DNA of 64,000 bases, taken from the NCBI GenBank assembly GCA_021463145.1, contig JAJTWZ010000005.1:54152-118151 (forward strand), read 5' to 3'. A program made the translations under genes and the position numbers. The notes beneath the pieces are model-generated. The model had not been told where the DNA came from and searched no databases. It worked only from the letters and a program-made list of their open reading frames with translations. How positions within the stretch are numbered: position 1 is the first letter of the stretch; the number at the start of each line of letters is the position of its first letter. Origin of the DNA: Blastocatellia bacterium (GTDB lineage Bacteria; Acidobacteriota; Blastocatellia; UBA7656; JADIYM01). Positions 1-10,223 of the stretch are shown in pieces.

Positions 1-26
1 GATACCCGTGCCGTTCGGTCAGTCGA

Positions 27-3000
27 TCACGCTGCGCGACGATCAACGCCCTGCCGGCGGCGCCGGCGAAGGAGAAGCCCCATTGGCAGCAGAAGCGGGA
101 GAAAATCGTATGCGGTGCCGAAAGGCTTCGAAGCCCGAACCGGACCGCTCCCGGCCGGGACCGAAGCCTGCTCTTCGGGATCGTCCAGCGTCTGGCCGGC
201 GGCTTGCGCCGGTCCCGGCGGAGTGTCGCTGACGGTGTAGGGCTTTCCGGTCACCGAACTGATGTACAGCCGGCGCATCTCGGCCAGGTTGAACGGACGG
301 GCGCCCCGGCGTCCGAATACCGCGAGCTGGTTGCCGCTCTCGTCGACCGCCCGATCCCGGTCGAGTCCTTCGGAGACCTGGACCGCAGGGCCGCGAGTCT
401 TCTTCGTCGCGATGAGCCGCGGCGTAAGCGGGGGTGCGTAACCGTAGATGCCTGGCGTGTCTTCGCTCGACGTGAGCTGAACGACTCGCAGGCCGTTCTT
501 TCCGTCGGCCACGTAGGCGAACATGCTGTTGTTCGTCATGCCGATCTTCACGTCTCGCGTGTCGTTCATTTCGCCTTCGGCGTTGAAGAAGAGCCCGGGC
601 ATCCACGAAGGAGCCGATGGTCTGGTCGGCGATTCGATGTCGACTATTGCCATTCCCTGAGCGCCCGACGCGACGAACGCATAGGTACGCGAGATGTAGA
701 CGTTCCTCGCGTCGGCGATCTTCACGACGGCGTCGTCGAGCAGTTGCGGGTCGGTCATATCGGTCAGGTCCACGACCCGCAGGCCGTCGGCGCAAGCGAC
801 GAAGGCGTAGCGGAACTGGATCGCGACCGATCGCGGCTCGCGAATCGGCAGCACCTTGATCACCTTCGGATCGGGACGCAGTTGTGCGTCGTAGCGGGCG
901 ATGTCGAGGATCACGAGTCCCTTGTCGGTGCACATGTAAGCGTACTGCCCCGCCAGGATGATGTTCGACGCCCCATCAAGCACGCCGTCGGGATTGAAAT
1001 GATCCTTCCCGTCCGCGAATTCCTGCCGATGAAGGAAATTGTTCTCGGGATCGCCGTCCAGCAGTGTGGCCGCCACGGTCATCACGAGGCCTTCCTTCTT
1101 GTCCGAGATATAAAGGAACGCGTAGAGAGGATGGATCGGTTGCGGGTCATATCCAACCGCGGGCAATGGCTCTCCAGCCATGCGCGCAAGCCGCATCTTG
1201 ATGGCATCCGCCGCGTTCACCCGATAGACGGCTTCGCCGTTCTCGGGCAGGTGGCGGCGGTAGTGATGGCTGAGCGGCGTCTTCGTGATCTCGAGAAGGC
1301 TCGCCGTCGGGTCCACACCGAGGGTCGTGGGCGATGCCACCGCCGTCGCGTACTCGGTGTCGACGTAGAGCCGTTGACCGATCGGAGAAACGATCGACGA
1401 GGAGATGCGCTGGGCGAACAGTTTGTCGTCGACGCGCGAGATATCGTAGACGCGCATGCCTCCCTTGCCGTTCGCGACGTAGACGTACTCTCCGCGCACC
1501 TGCAGGCCCAGCGATTCGTTGCCGATGCCAGGACGGTGCGAGTACGACTCGCCGAGCTTGCGGCCGCCGTCCACGAAGTCGTCGTACTCCTCGGGGAACG
1601 CCTGCTTGTGCAGCGAACTGCCGAAGACCGCTTGCGGTTCGGAGCGCTCCGTGACCGCGATAGCCTCGAAGCCACCGCCCTCCTCCGCCACGTAGGCGAG
1701 ACGGCCGACGAAATTCGCAGCATTGGCTCCCTGCAGCGTCAACTGAGCAAGCACCGCGTTGTTGTCGTTCTCCTTCGAGACGTGGCAATCGCTGCAGAGC
1801 TTCGTCTCGCCCTTTCCTCGAACCGTATGCGGTACGTAAGAGCTGAAAGCCTGCCCTGAATACCCCTCGGCCGAGATCGTCTGCTGCTGGGAGTAGAACC
1901 ACTCGCGGTTGATGGTCTGGGAACTGACGAGGATTGCGCACGACGAACGGATCGGTCCGACCCGGTTGCCAGAGACGACGCCGTCACGTCCGAGCATGTA
2001 GACGTCGTCGCGCAGCGTCTGGAAGTTGTAGTTCGTCCAGTTACGGCTGTCGGTGCCCTCGTTGTGGAGCATCGGCTCGCGCTTGTTGGCGCGCATCGGG
2101 AGGTGACAGCCGAAGCACGCGGTCGTCCACGACGTGTGGCACGCAAAGCAGGTCATCTCGCTGTCGGGATGCGCAACCTTGTCGTCGCTCGCAGTCGGGT
2201 CGCCCCACGTCTGGTTGTCGATCTGAACCGTCTTCGCGTACGAGGAAAGTTCGTTGTAGTCGTCCGGCCGCTTCTCGTTCTTCACGACCGTGTCACGCGT
2301 CTGTTTGACTCGCCACCACTTGGCCGGATCCGTGTAGGAAGCCTGGATGATTTCGCCCTTGTAGAGCTGGACGTTCGTCGTGTTGCCGTTCCGCGGAATC
2401 TTCTCGCCCGGCTTCACGTCCTTGGCGAGCCGTTGGAAGATCGGAACCTCGCGATCCTTCCCGTCGACCTTGAACTTCGTCTTCATGCGGGTCAGGTCGC
2501 GGCCTCGCTTGCCGGCCTTGTCGGTCTCTGCCGCCGGGCCCGAAGTCCGGAGCGTCGCAACCTTGTCCATCGTCCCGTGGCAGTCGATGCAATCGATCTC
2601 GATCGCCGCGCGCACTTCGGAATGCAGATTGCCCGTGCCGTGGCCATCGCCCGAGAAGTGACAGTCCACGCACTGCATTCCCATCTCGAGATGGATGTCC
2701 TGCATGTGCACCGGGACTCCGTCCTTGAGCATCGGCAGCCCCGTAGCCGGGTCCGCTTCGGGATACATGGCCGCCGCGAGGGACTCGCCGTCCACCTTGG
2801 GCACGATCTTGCCACTGTGGTCGAGGTAGTTGCCGTGCCGGTCAACCTTGAAGACCGCCCGATAGACCCAGCCGTGACCGTGGAAGTCGCCGAACTGCGT
2901 CTTGGTCAGGTTCTTGTTGATCTCGCCACCCGGCTTGCCGACGTCCGCGAGGAAATCGACATCCCCCCATTTGCCGCGCTGGGCAGACTCTTCAGGGTTA

Positions 3001-4352
3001 CGCCGGTTGATCGCCTGTCGCGCCTCCTCGGAGAGCTTCTTGACCTTGTCGGGGTACATCTGCTTGCCGTCGGTTTCGTTGTCCCACCAGGTCATTCCGT
3101 AGTAGGTCGCAACCATGTTCGTGCCGGGGTGGATGTGGCAGACCATGCACGAACTCGACGGTATGTTGTTGGTGAGGATGTGCCGGATCGGATGGCCCGG
3201 TTCGTTGGCGGTTTCGGGGCGGCCGATCATCGGGTCGGTCGTCCGCGTCGTGCCGCGGTTGTCGCCGTCCGTCCTGAAATTGCTCAGCGGCACGACCGCG
3301 CTGTGCGACGTCTGCCGGTCGTTGAAGTACGTCACGTGGCACGCCGTGCAGCCGCTCGAGCGGAAGTCGCCTGGCTGGTCGTTCGTTCCGAGGAAGTTGA
3401 GCGTCGGATCGAGCAGTCTGGTCTTCTGCAGTCCCAGGAAGACGGGATCCGTGCGGTTCGCGGTGCCAAGTCCTCGCAGGCTCTGGCGATCCTCGCCGTG
3501 TTCGAACACTCGAAGGATGTTGCCCGGTTGCGTGATTTCCCAACGCGGAAGCGGATCGAGATACGGCACGATTCCACGAAGCATTAGGCTCATCCAGGCG
3601 GAGTCTTCGGTCACCCGGTTCTCCTCGGTCGGATAGAGCCGCTCGGGCTGTCCTTCTGCCGTGTAGCTTTCGCCGAACCGTGCGTTCTTCAGGTGGAAGC
3701 CGCCGTTGTTGTAGAGGGCGGCCTCCCACAGGAGGGCCCCGTGCTTCATCATGCTCGTGTCGACCAGGCCGACTTCCTTTTCGTGGCAACCGGCGGTTCC
3801 GCACGTCCGGCCGGCGACTCGCAGGTCGCCCGGGTTGACGAACTGTATGAACTCGACACTCTCGCGGTTCGTCCCGGCGGTCATGCGGATCGGATTTGCC
3901 GATCCGTTCGCATCTTCGTTGCCGTACCAGGCTTCGGGATCCTTCGGCTGGACGTGCGCCTTTCGCTTCGCCTCTTCGAACGCCTTGTCGCCGATCTTCG
4001 AGCCCTCGGGCTTCATCACCTCGAACCCGCCGCCGTGGCAGTCCGCGCAGCCGATGTTGTCGGGCCCGAACGGGTGCATCGAGTACGGCTCGCTCTCCTT
4101 GTCGAAGCCGTGGCAACTGACGCATCCGGCGCTCTTGCGGTCGGCTTCCGTCTGCTTCTGCCCGGAGTCGAAGGATCCCTTTGGAATCACTTTCTGGGGA
4201 GGCTTGGCCGGCTCGGCCTGCTTCGCCGCGGCCGGCGCCGCCGCCGGTTCCTGTGGCGCCGCAACGGACGAGCCGCTTCCTGAAGCAATTGCAACGAGCG
4301 CGAAGGCCACGAACGACCCTGCTACGACGATACGCTTCGTTTCGGTGATCAT
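27..4352 (-). CDS. Large multiheme cytochrome c with C-terminal LVIVD-repeat beta-propeller and C-terminal hydrophobic/poly-Arg tail
   Basis: N-terminal signal/TM segment; 9 CxxCH motifs (CVSCH, CADCH, CTACH, CMVCH, CVDCH, CIDCH, CFACH, CFGCH, CSDCH) plus CGTAGCH; about 7 LVIVD-type repeats (e.g. YVYVANGKGGMRVYDIS, YAFVACADGLRVVDLT); ends YDFLPLLLPMGLLLRRRRRQ; SD GAGGA before ATG 4352. Confidence 0.88.
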   Translation of the reverse strand: MITETKRIVVAGSFVAFALVAIASGSGSSVAAPQEPAAAPAAAKQAEPAKPPQKVIPKGSFDSGQKQTEADRKSAGCVSCHGFDKESEPYSMHPFGPDNIGCADCHGGGFEVMKPEGSKIGDKAFEEAKRKAHVQPKDPEAWYGNEDANGSANPIRMTAGTNRESVEFIQFVNPGDLRVAGRTCGTAGCHEKEVGLVDTSMMKHGALLWEAALYNNGGFHLKNARFGESYTAEGQPERLYPTEENRVTEDSAWMSLMLRGIVPYLDPLPRWEITQPGNILRVFEHGEDRQSLRGLGTANRTDPVFLGLQKTRLLDPTLNFLGTNDQPGDFRSSGCTACHVTYFNDRQTSHSAVVPLSNFRTDGDNRGTTRTTDPMIGRPETANEPGHPIRHILTNNIPSSSCMVCHIHPGTNMVATYYGMTWWDNETDGKQMYPDKVKKLSEEARQAINRRNPEESAQRGKWGDVDFLADVGKPGGEINKNLTKTQFGDFHGHGWVYRAVFKVDRHGNYLDHSGKIVPKVDGESLAAAMYPEADPATGLPMLKDGVPVHMQDIHLEMGMQCVDCHFSGDGHGTGNLHSEVRAAIEIDCIDCHGTMDKVATLRTSGPAAETDKAGKRGRDLTRMKTKFKVDGKDREVPIFQRLAKDVKPGEKIPRNGNTTNVQLYKGEIIQASYTDPAKWWRVKQTRDTVVKNEKRPDDYNELSSYAKTVQIDNQTWGDPTASDDKVAHPDSEMTCFACHTSWTTACFGCHLPMRANKREPMLHNEGTDSRNWTNYNFQTLRDDVYMLGRDGVVSGNRVGPIRSSCAILVSSQTINREWFYSQQQTISAEGYSGQAFSSYVPHTVRGKGETKLCSDCHVSKENDNNAVLAQLTLQGANAANFVGRLAYVAEEGGGFEAIAVTERSEPQAVFGSSLHKQAFPEEYDDFVDGGRKLGESYSHRPGIGNESLGLQVRGEYVYVANGKGGMRVYDISRVDDKLFAQRISSSIVSPIGQRLYVDTEYATAVASPTTLGVDPTASLLEITKTPLSHHYRRHLPENGEAVYRVNAADAIKMRLARMAGEPLPAVGYDPQPIHPLYAFLYISDKKEGLVMTVAATLLDGDPENNFLHRQEFADGKDHFNPDGVLDGASNIILAGQYAYMCTDKGLVILDIARYDAQLRPDPKVIKVLPIREPRSVAIQFRYAFVACADGLRVVDLTDMTDPQLLDDAVVKIADARNVYISRTYAFVASGAQGMAIVDIESPTRPSAPSWMPGLFFNAEGEMNDTRDVKIGMTNNSMFAYVADGKNGLRVVQLTSSEDTPGIYGYAPPLTPRLIATKKTRGPAVQVSEGLDRDRAVDESGNQLAVFGRRGARPFNLAEMRRLYISSVTGKPYTVSDTPPGPAQAAGQTLDDPEEQASVPAGSGPVRASKPFGTAYDFLPLLLPMGLLLRRRRRQGVDRRAA

Positions 4353-4394
4353 AGTTCCTCGGTCACTGCTGGAAGGGAACCCTGTCGGGATCGA

Positions 4395-6491
4395 TCAGTA
4401 CGCGAACTTCACGGCGAGGAAGCCCGAATAGATCGTTGGCGACGTATAAATGTCCTTGAGGCCCTGGCCCGGCACGAGGACCGAAAGGCCGCCGAGAATG
4501 ATGAACTGCTCGTTCAGATACGGCCGGTACTGGAAGCCGGCGCTGTAATCCCAGCCAATCTCCTTGCGGATCGTCTGCTGGAAGAGCGTCTGCTGGATCG
4601 ACTCGGGCCTGTGGAACCTCAGGTAGTTCACGTTGAAGGTCGTCAGCAGCTTCGGCGTGAGCTTCGCGTCGGCTCCGGCGGACGCGATGTAGATACCCGG
4701 ATTGACGTAGTTCGCCTGCCCCTGCTCCTTGCTGCTGCGCAGGCTGGGGATGAGGCTCGCCGGATTCATCAAGGCGACGTTCGAGCCAGTCAACCGAATG
4801 GATTCGCGATTCCAGAAGCTCACGCCGATCGGAATCGGCGGATTGATGAGCACGCGGTCCTGATTCGTGTTCGACGGATTCACGACGAACCCCGCACCGC
4901 CGCCGGCAAAGTTCACGTTGTCGAAGATCGAGTCGAAGCCGCGGGCGACCGAGTCGCGCGGGTTCGCATCGCCCGAGGACCAGAAAAAGGACGCCTTCGG
5001 CCTGAGCCAGTCGCGATCCATCGAGATCTCGAGCGCGGCCATCTGCGCGTTGACGTGGACCGGACGGCCGGCGATCGGGTTGTGGCTGTCGTTTCCAAGC
5101 GCCCAATAGAATGCGTGACTGACGCCGAACCGGCCGATATGTCCATCGCTCGACGTGCCAAGGTAGGCCACGTTCAGATTGTGCGGCGTGAAATCGCCGA
5201 TGGCCGCCGGGCGGACGAGGAAGCCGTTGTCGTCGAACTTGAAATTGCCGCCGCCTTCGTTGTCGTTCTTGCCGGCGCGGTCGTGGTTGTAATGGAGACT
5301 GACGCCGGCGTTCCAACCGTGGAAGAGGAAGTCCTGCCGGTACAGGTTCGCGATGTAGACGCTCTGGTTGCGCCAGTGGAACGTGTTGAGTCCCGAATTC
5401 GTGTCCTTCTCGAGCATCTCGAAGTACGCGAGGTTGTACTGGATCCTGTTGCTGTCGAGAGTTCCGAACAGCCGCACGCCCGGTTCCTCGTCCGAAAAGA
5501 TGAACCCGCGGAAATCGCTGGTGAACCTCTGGATGCCTACGCGAACCGAATTGAAGTCGTAGTTCGGGCTCTTGCCGCCTTCGCCGTCCTTGCGAGGCAG
5601 GAACGGAAGCAAACGCGGGTTGTCGGCCAGCTTCATTTCGAAGTAGGCCTCCTGCAGCGAGACGTGGCCGTCGCCTCGTGTCTTCCCCCGGCGGATGTCG
5701 ACGTTGAGCAGACCGACTTCCTCGGTGTGAACGTAGTTGTAGTTGAAACCCGCCGTGACCTTGATCTCCCACTGGACCGGAGCGAACGTCGTGTCGCCCT
5801 TGAAGAGGCTGATGCCGGCGCGCCAGTTGTGGGCCATTGCGAACTGTTCGCCGCGGCCGAAGAACTCGCGGCTGCCAGGCCGCGCGGAGCTCACGCTGCT
5901 GGGGCTCGGCACGCGCTTTCCGAAGAAGGCGCTCGTCGAGTCGAGCGTGAGGTTCATGAAGATGTCGTTGCCCTTTATCGGGTAATCGCCCTTCAGTTGA
6001 TTCTGATGGTAGGGGTCGCGCAGGCGGCCGTGCTCGTGGCGAGTGTCCTCGGGAAATCCGAAGCGCCAGCGATCCGGCCGGGGTATTCCGCGTCCGTCCT
6101 CGTCGGGATCGTCGGCCTCGACCGTGGAAGGGCCGGTGTGGCCAGGCGGGTGACCCTCGGAACCGGGACCGGTCGCGCGCTTCGCCGGGTCGTAGTGACC
6201 CTCGCCGGCGTGTCCGCCCTCGGTGCCGTGACCGGCCTTCTGATCCGCGCCGTGCTCTTTCTGACCGCCATCGGCCGCTTCAGAGTGCTTCGCGTCCTCT
6301 GACTGTTTCGCGTCAGCGGCGGGCTTTTGCGCGCCCTTCTCCTGCTTCGACGCTGCCGCGTCGTGACCTTCCCTTGCCGCAGGTGCGGCAGTTCCGTCCT
6401 GCGCAGACGCAAGAACGTTACGAGACGTAGCGGGAAGGACAAGGAGAATGGTCGCCGAAAGCAGGAGCGTTCGTGTACGCGTCCAACACAT
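4395..6491 (-). CDS. Predicted outer-membrane beta-barrel (porin-like) protein with His/Gly-rich N-terminal linker
   Basis: Signal peptide from ATG 6491 (MCWTRTRTLLLSATILLVLPA...ASAQD); amphipathic aromatic-rich beta strands; C-terminus GFLAVKFAY is BAM beta-signal-like; 42 bp upstream of the cytochrome on the same strand. Start uncertain (ORF is open to 6536). Confidence 0.72.
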   Translation of the reverse strand: MCWTRTRTLLLSATILLVLPATSRNVLASAQDGTAAPAAREGHDAAASKQEKGAQKPAADAKQSEDAKHSEAADGGQKEHGADQKAGHGTEGGHAGEGHYDPAKRATGPGSEGHPPGHTGPSTVEADDPDEDGRGIPRPDRWRFGFPEDTRHEHGRLRDPYHQNQLKGDYPIKGNDIFMNLTLDSTSAFFGKRVPSPSSVSSARPGSREFFGRGEQFAMAHNWRAGISLFKGDTTFAPVQWEIKVTAGFNYNYVHTEEVGLLNVDIRRGKTRGDGHVSLQEAYFEMKLADNPRLLPFLPRKDGEGGKSPNYDFNSVRVGIQRFTSDFRGFIFSDEEPGVRLFGTLDSNRIQYNLAYFEMLEKDTNSGLNTFHWRNQSVYIANLYRQDFLFHGWNAGVSLHYNHDRAGKNDNEGGGNFKFDDNGFLVRPAAIGDFTPHNLNVAYLGTSSDGHIGRFGVSHAFYWALGNDSHNPIAGRPVHVNAQMAALEISMDRDWLRPKASFFWSSGDANPRDSVARGFDSIFDNVNFAGGGAGFVVNPSNTNQDRVLINPPIPIGVSFWNRESIRLTGSNVALMNPASLIPSLRSSKEQGQANYVNPGIYIASAGADAKLTPKLLTTFNVNYLRFHRPESIQQTLFQQTIRKEIGWDYSAGFQYRPYLNEQFIILGGLSVLVPGQGLKDIYTSPTIYSGFLAVKFAY

Positions 6492-6866
6492 CGTCGTGAT
6501 CCTCGGGTTCGCGAGAGTCAGTCGTCTGGAATGCACCGGTCCGTGGCGAGTGCCAGGTGGCTCGACAAAATGTGAATGCGTCCGAAGAGATTGCCTCCGC
6601 GGTGCGCGTTCCGATCTGGGGTGACGAAAACACGAGGCCTGGCTTCGGTGGGTACGAAGCGGGGCGACGTTGAATGCAGCTTAAAAAGCGCCGAAGTAAC
6701 CGTATTGGTTAGAACGTGGGATGGAAATAGCACAGCGACCGGAGAGAGTCAACGAGCGCGGACTGCAGTTTCGCCTGATGGACACAAATCCGATGCAAGG
6801 TCCTCCCGGCGATTCGCCCGCGATCGTCAATGGACGGCTTGTGGACTGTGCGCTAACTTGTCGCTC

Positions 6867-7829
6867 ATGAAGGTTTCATTCGTCTCGAGCCCCGACTTCC
6901 GCCGCCACCAGAACGGATCGTACGAAAGCGGGCTCTACCATCCGGAAATTCCGGACCGGCTCGACGCCATCGAGAACAGATTGCATCGCCTCGGTCTTTG
7001 GGACGAACTGGAGATCGTCGAGCCGATGCCTGCCACTGCCGGGCAGCTCGGCAGCGTCCACGACCTCGACTATGTGACGTACGTCGAACGGGCGTGCGAG
7101 GAAGGGCCGCTGTCGCTCGACTACGACACCGGCGTGGTCAGGGAGAGCTTCCTCGCGGCAACCCTTGCCGCAGGTGGCGCCTGCCAGGCAGTCGATCTCG
7201 TCATGAGCGATGCGGCGGACGCGGTCTTCTGCGCGGTGCGCCCGCCGGGCCATCACGCGGAGCGAGACGCTGCGATGGGCTTCTGCCTCTTCAACAACGT
7301 CGCGGTTGCCGCGGAACACGCGAGACGAGCGCACGGCCTGGAGCGCGTCGCGATACTCGACTGGGACGTTCATCACGGCAACGGCACTCAGCACACTTTC
7401 GAGCACGACCCCGGGGTCTTCTATCTGTCGATCCACCAGTTTCCGCATTACCCGGGAACCGGCGATGCGACGGAACGCGGACTTGGCGCCGGAGAGGGTG
7501 CGACTCTGAATGTGCCGATGGGCGCCGGCACCGGAGACAGCGAGTGGATCGCGGCGCTCGAAGGACCGATGACGCGGGCGATCGACGAGTTCAAGCCCGA
7601 GATCGTATTGCTGTCGGCCGGCTTCGACGCGCACGCCGAGGATCCGCTCTCGTCGACACTCGTGTCCGAGGCCGGCTACAGGACGATGACCGAGATCGTC
7701 GTCGACTGGGCGGCGCGCCATTCGAATTGCCGCCTCGTCAGCATGCTCGAAGGCGGATACAACCTGAACGCTCTTGCGCGCTCAGTCGAAACGCACGTGT
7801 CGACACTGAGGCGGGCGAGCGGACGGTAG
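6867..7829 (+). CDS. Histone deacetylase-family (AcuC/acetylpolyamine amidohydrolase-like) Zn hydrolase
   Basis: HPE, RPPGHHA, GFCLFNN, DWDVHHGNGT, SAGFDAH, LEGGY motifs; ATG 6867. Confidence 0.93.
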   Translation: MKVSFVSSPDFRRHQNGSYESGLYHPEIPDRLDAIENRLHRLGLWDELEIVEPMPATAGQLGSVHDLDYVTYVERACEEGPLSLDYDTGVVRESFLAATLAAGGACQAVDLVMSDAADAVFCAVRPPGHHAERDAAMGFCLFNNVAVAAEHARRAHGLERVAILDWDVHHGNGTQHTFEHDPGVFYLSIHQFPHYPGTGDATERGLGAGEGATLNVPMGAGTGDSEWIAALEGPMTRAIDEFKPEIVLLSAGFDAHAEDPLSSTLVSEAGYRTMTEIVVDWAARHSNCRLVSMLEGGYNLNALARSVETHVSTLRRASGR

Positions 7830-8018
7830 GCAGGCGGATCTCGTCCTGGATTGCCCTGTACTCGAGAACCGGCGCTCCGGCGGACTGCGGATCGGCCCGG
7901 GTTGGATGGCGTCGCCGAGGCCTGGACACCGTCGACTAACGCCTGACAGCCCTGCTGTGGCAGAATCCCGAAGATTCCTTTCTACATTGCAAGCCGCGCC
8001 TCGTGAGGTCTGTTCGTA

Positions 8019-8417
8019 ATGATTCCCGCACCCGTCGATGCCGGAGCAGAAGAAGTCGTAGTCAATGCGGTCCTCTGGCTCAAGCTGGGGGTCGAAGCGC
8101 TCGGCGCCCTGGTCATCGGCCTCGGTCTGGTCGCGGCCGTTGTCACGTTCGCACGGGCGTACACATCGCCCGTCATCCACGACTTCGATCAGGTTCGGCT
8201 GACACTCGCTAGATACCTGGCGCTCGGACTCGAATTCCAGCTTGGCGCCGACATCCTCTCCACTGCGGTGGCGCCAAGCTGGGACATGATCGGCAAGCTC
8301 GGAGCGATCGCCGTGCTGCGGACGGCACTCAACTACTTCCTCAGAAGCGAGATGGAACACGCCGGCAACCACGCCGCGGCCACACCCTCCGGGGATGGAG
8401 GTGAGGCCAGCGAGTGA
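8019..8417 (+). CDS. DUF1622-family small membrane protein
   Basis: RLTLARYLALGLEFQLGADILSTAVAPSW...LGAIAVLRTALNYFL signature; 3 hydrophobic segments. Confidence 0.85.
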   Translation: MIPAPVDAGAEEVVVNAVLWLKLGVEALGALVIGLGLVAAVVTFARAYTSPVIHDFDQVRLTLARYLALGLEFQLGADILSTAVAPSWDMIGKLGAIAVLRTALNYFLRSEMEHAGNHAAATPSGDGGEASE

Positions 8418-8513
8418 GCGCCGGCGCGGTGGCTCGGGGATTCGCATGCGACCGCGCCCGTTCGGATTGCCGCCATCGGCGCGACGGCCGGGACGATCGC
8501 CCTCGTGGGTTCC

Positions 8514-10223
8514 TCACGGATTTCCGTCAGTCACCGCCCCCGTGTCGCTTCCCGAGACCGTGCGCGCGTACTTTCCGAGCACGCCCCGGACCGGCGTCAC
8601 TGGCGGAACCCACTCGCCGCGCCTGCGCGCGAGCTCGCCTTCGTCCACCCCGAGCTCGAGGCGATTTTCCCCGAGATCGATCGTGATTCGGTCTCCGTCT
8701 CGCACTAGTGCAATCGGCCCCCCCGCCGCGGCCTCGGGCGCAACGTGGCCGACGACGAGACCGTGCGTCCCTCCCGAGAACCTTCCGTCGGTCACGAGGC
8801 CGACCGAAGAGCCGAGTCCCGCGCCGACCAGCGCCGACGTGACGGCGAGCATCTCTCGCATGCCCGGTCCGCCCCTTGGTCCCTCGTAGCGGATCACGAG
8901 CACGGACCCTGACTCGACCGTTCCGTCGAGCACCGCGCGAAGGCACGCCTCTTCACTGTCGAACACGCGGGCAGGCCCGGCGATCGACGAGCGCTCGACC
9001 CCGCTCGTCTTCGCCAGGGCACCCGCTGGCGCCAGACTGCCCCGCAGCACGGCCAGGTGACCGGCGGGCGAGATCGGGCGATCCCACGGGCGGATCACCT
9101 CCTGATCCGCGGACGGCGTCTCCGGGACGTGAGCGAGCACCTCTTCAAGAGTCTCGCCGGTGACAGTCATTGCGGATCCGTCGATGGCGCCGTTGGAGAG
9201 GAGGATCTTCATCACCTGCGGCACGCCTCCCGCGCGGTGAAGGTCGACGGTGACGAACCGGCCCGACGGCTTGAGGTCGCACAGCACGGGAACCCGGCGC
9301 CGGACACGCTCGATGTCGTCGAGCACGAGGTCGACGCCTGCCGCGTGCGCGACCGCCAGCAGATGCAGCACCGCATTTGTCGAGCCTCCCAGCGCCATCA
9401 CAACGGCGATCGCGTTCTCGAAGGCCGCGCGCGTGAAAAGCCGGCTCGGGAGGACGTTCCTTTCGATCGCAACGGCCAGCGCTTCGGCCGACCGCGCCGC
9501 GCTCTCGAGTTTCTCGTCGTCCTCGGCAGCCATGGTCGACGAGTAGGGCAGGCTCAGGCCCATAGCCTCGCACACGGCGGACATCGTGTTCGCCGTGAAC
9601 ATCCCGCCGCAGGCGCCGAAGCCAGGACACGCGTGGCGCTCCACTTCCTCGACCTCGCACTGTCCGATTTTTCCGGCCGAGTGGGCGCCAACGGCCTCGA
9701 ACGCACTCACGACTGTCAGTTCGCAGCCGTCGAGCCGGCCTGGCTTGATCGTCCCTCCATAGACGAACACGGACGGCACGTCGAGCCGGGCGATCGCGAT
9801 CATCGCACCCGGCATGTTCTTGTCGCATCCGCCGATTGCCAGCAGCCCGTCCACGCTCTGCGCCCGGCAGACGGTCTCGATCGAGTCGGCGATGACCTCG
9901 CGAGACACGAGCGAATACCGCATGCCGTCCGTTCCCATCGAGATTCCGTCGCTCACCGTAATCGTCCCGAATAACTGGGGCATCGCGCCGGCTTCGCCGA
10001 GCGCCCGCCGGCACCGGTCCGCCAGCCGGTCGAGCCCGGCGTTGCAGGGCGTGAGCGTGCTGAATCCGTTCGCGACGGCGACGATCGGCTTATCGAAATC
10101 CGCGTCGGCGAAGCCAACCGCGCGCAGCATCGCGCGGCTCGCCGTGCGTTCTACACCCGCGGTTATCGCCGAACTCCTGCGATTGAAAGCACCGGGCACT
10201 TCTTCTTTTGACATCGTCGACAT
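8514..10223 (-). CDS. ilvD: Dihydroxy-acid dehydratase
   Basis: [53 protein letters not shown]; ATG 10223 overlaps the ilvA stop (TAATG). Confidence 0.95.
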   Translation of the reverse strand: MSTMSKEEVPGAFNRRSSAITAGVERTASRAMLRAVGFADADFDKPIVAVANGFSTLTPCNAGLDRLADRCRRALGEAGAMPQLFGTITVSDGISMGTDGMRYSLVSREVIADSIETVCRAQSVDGLLAIGGCDKNMPGAMIAIARLDVPSVFVYGGTIKPGRLDGCELTVVSAFEAVGAHSAGKIGQCEVEEVERHACPGFGACGGMFTANTMSAVCEAMGLSLPYSSTMAAEDDEKLESAARSAEALAVAIERNVLPSRLFTRAAFENAIAVVMALGGSTNAVLHLLAVAHAAGVDLVLDDIERVRRRVPVLCDLKPSGRFVTVDLHRAGGVPQVMKILLSNGAIDGSAMTVTGETLEEVLAHVPETPSADQEVIRPWDRPISPAGHLAVLRGSLAPAGALAKTSGVERSSIAGPARVFDSEEACLRAVLDGTVESGSVLVIRYEGPRGGPGMREMLAVTSALVGAGLGSSVGLVTDGRFSGGTHGLVVGHVAPEAAAGGPIALVRDGDRITIDLGENRLELGVDEGELARRRGEWVPPVTPVRGVLGKYARTVSGSDTGAVTDGNP

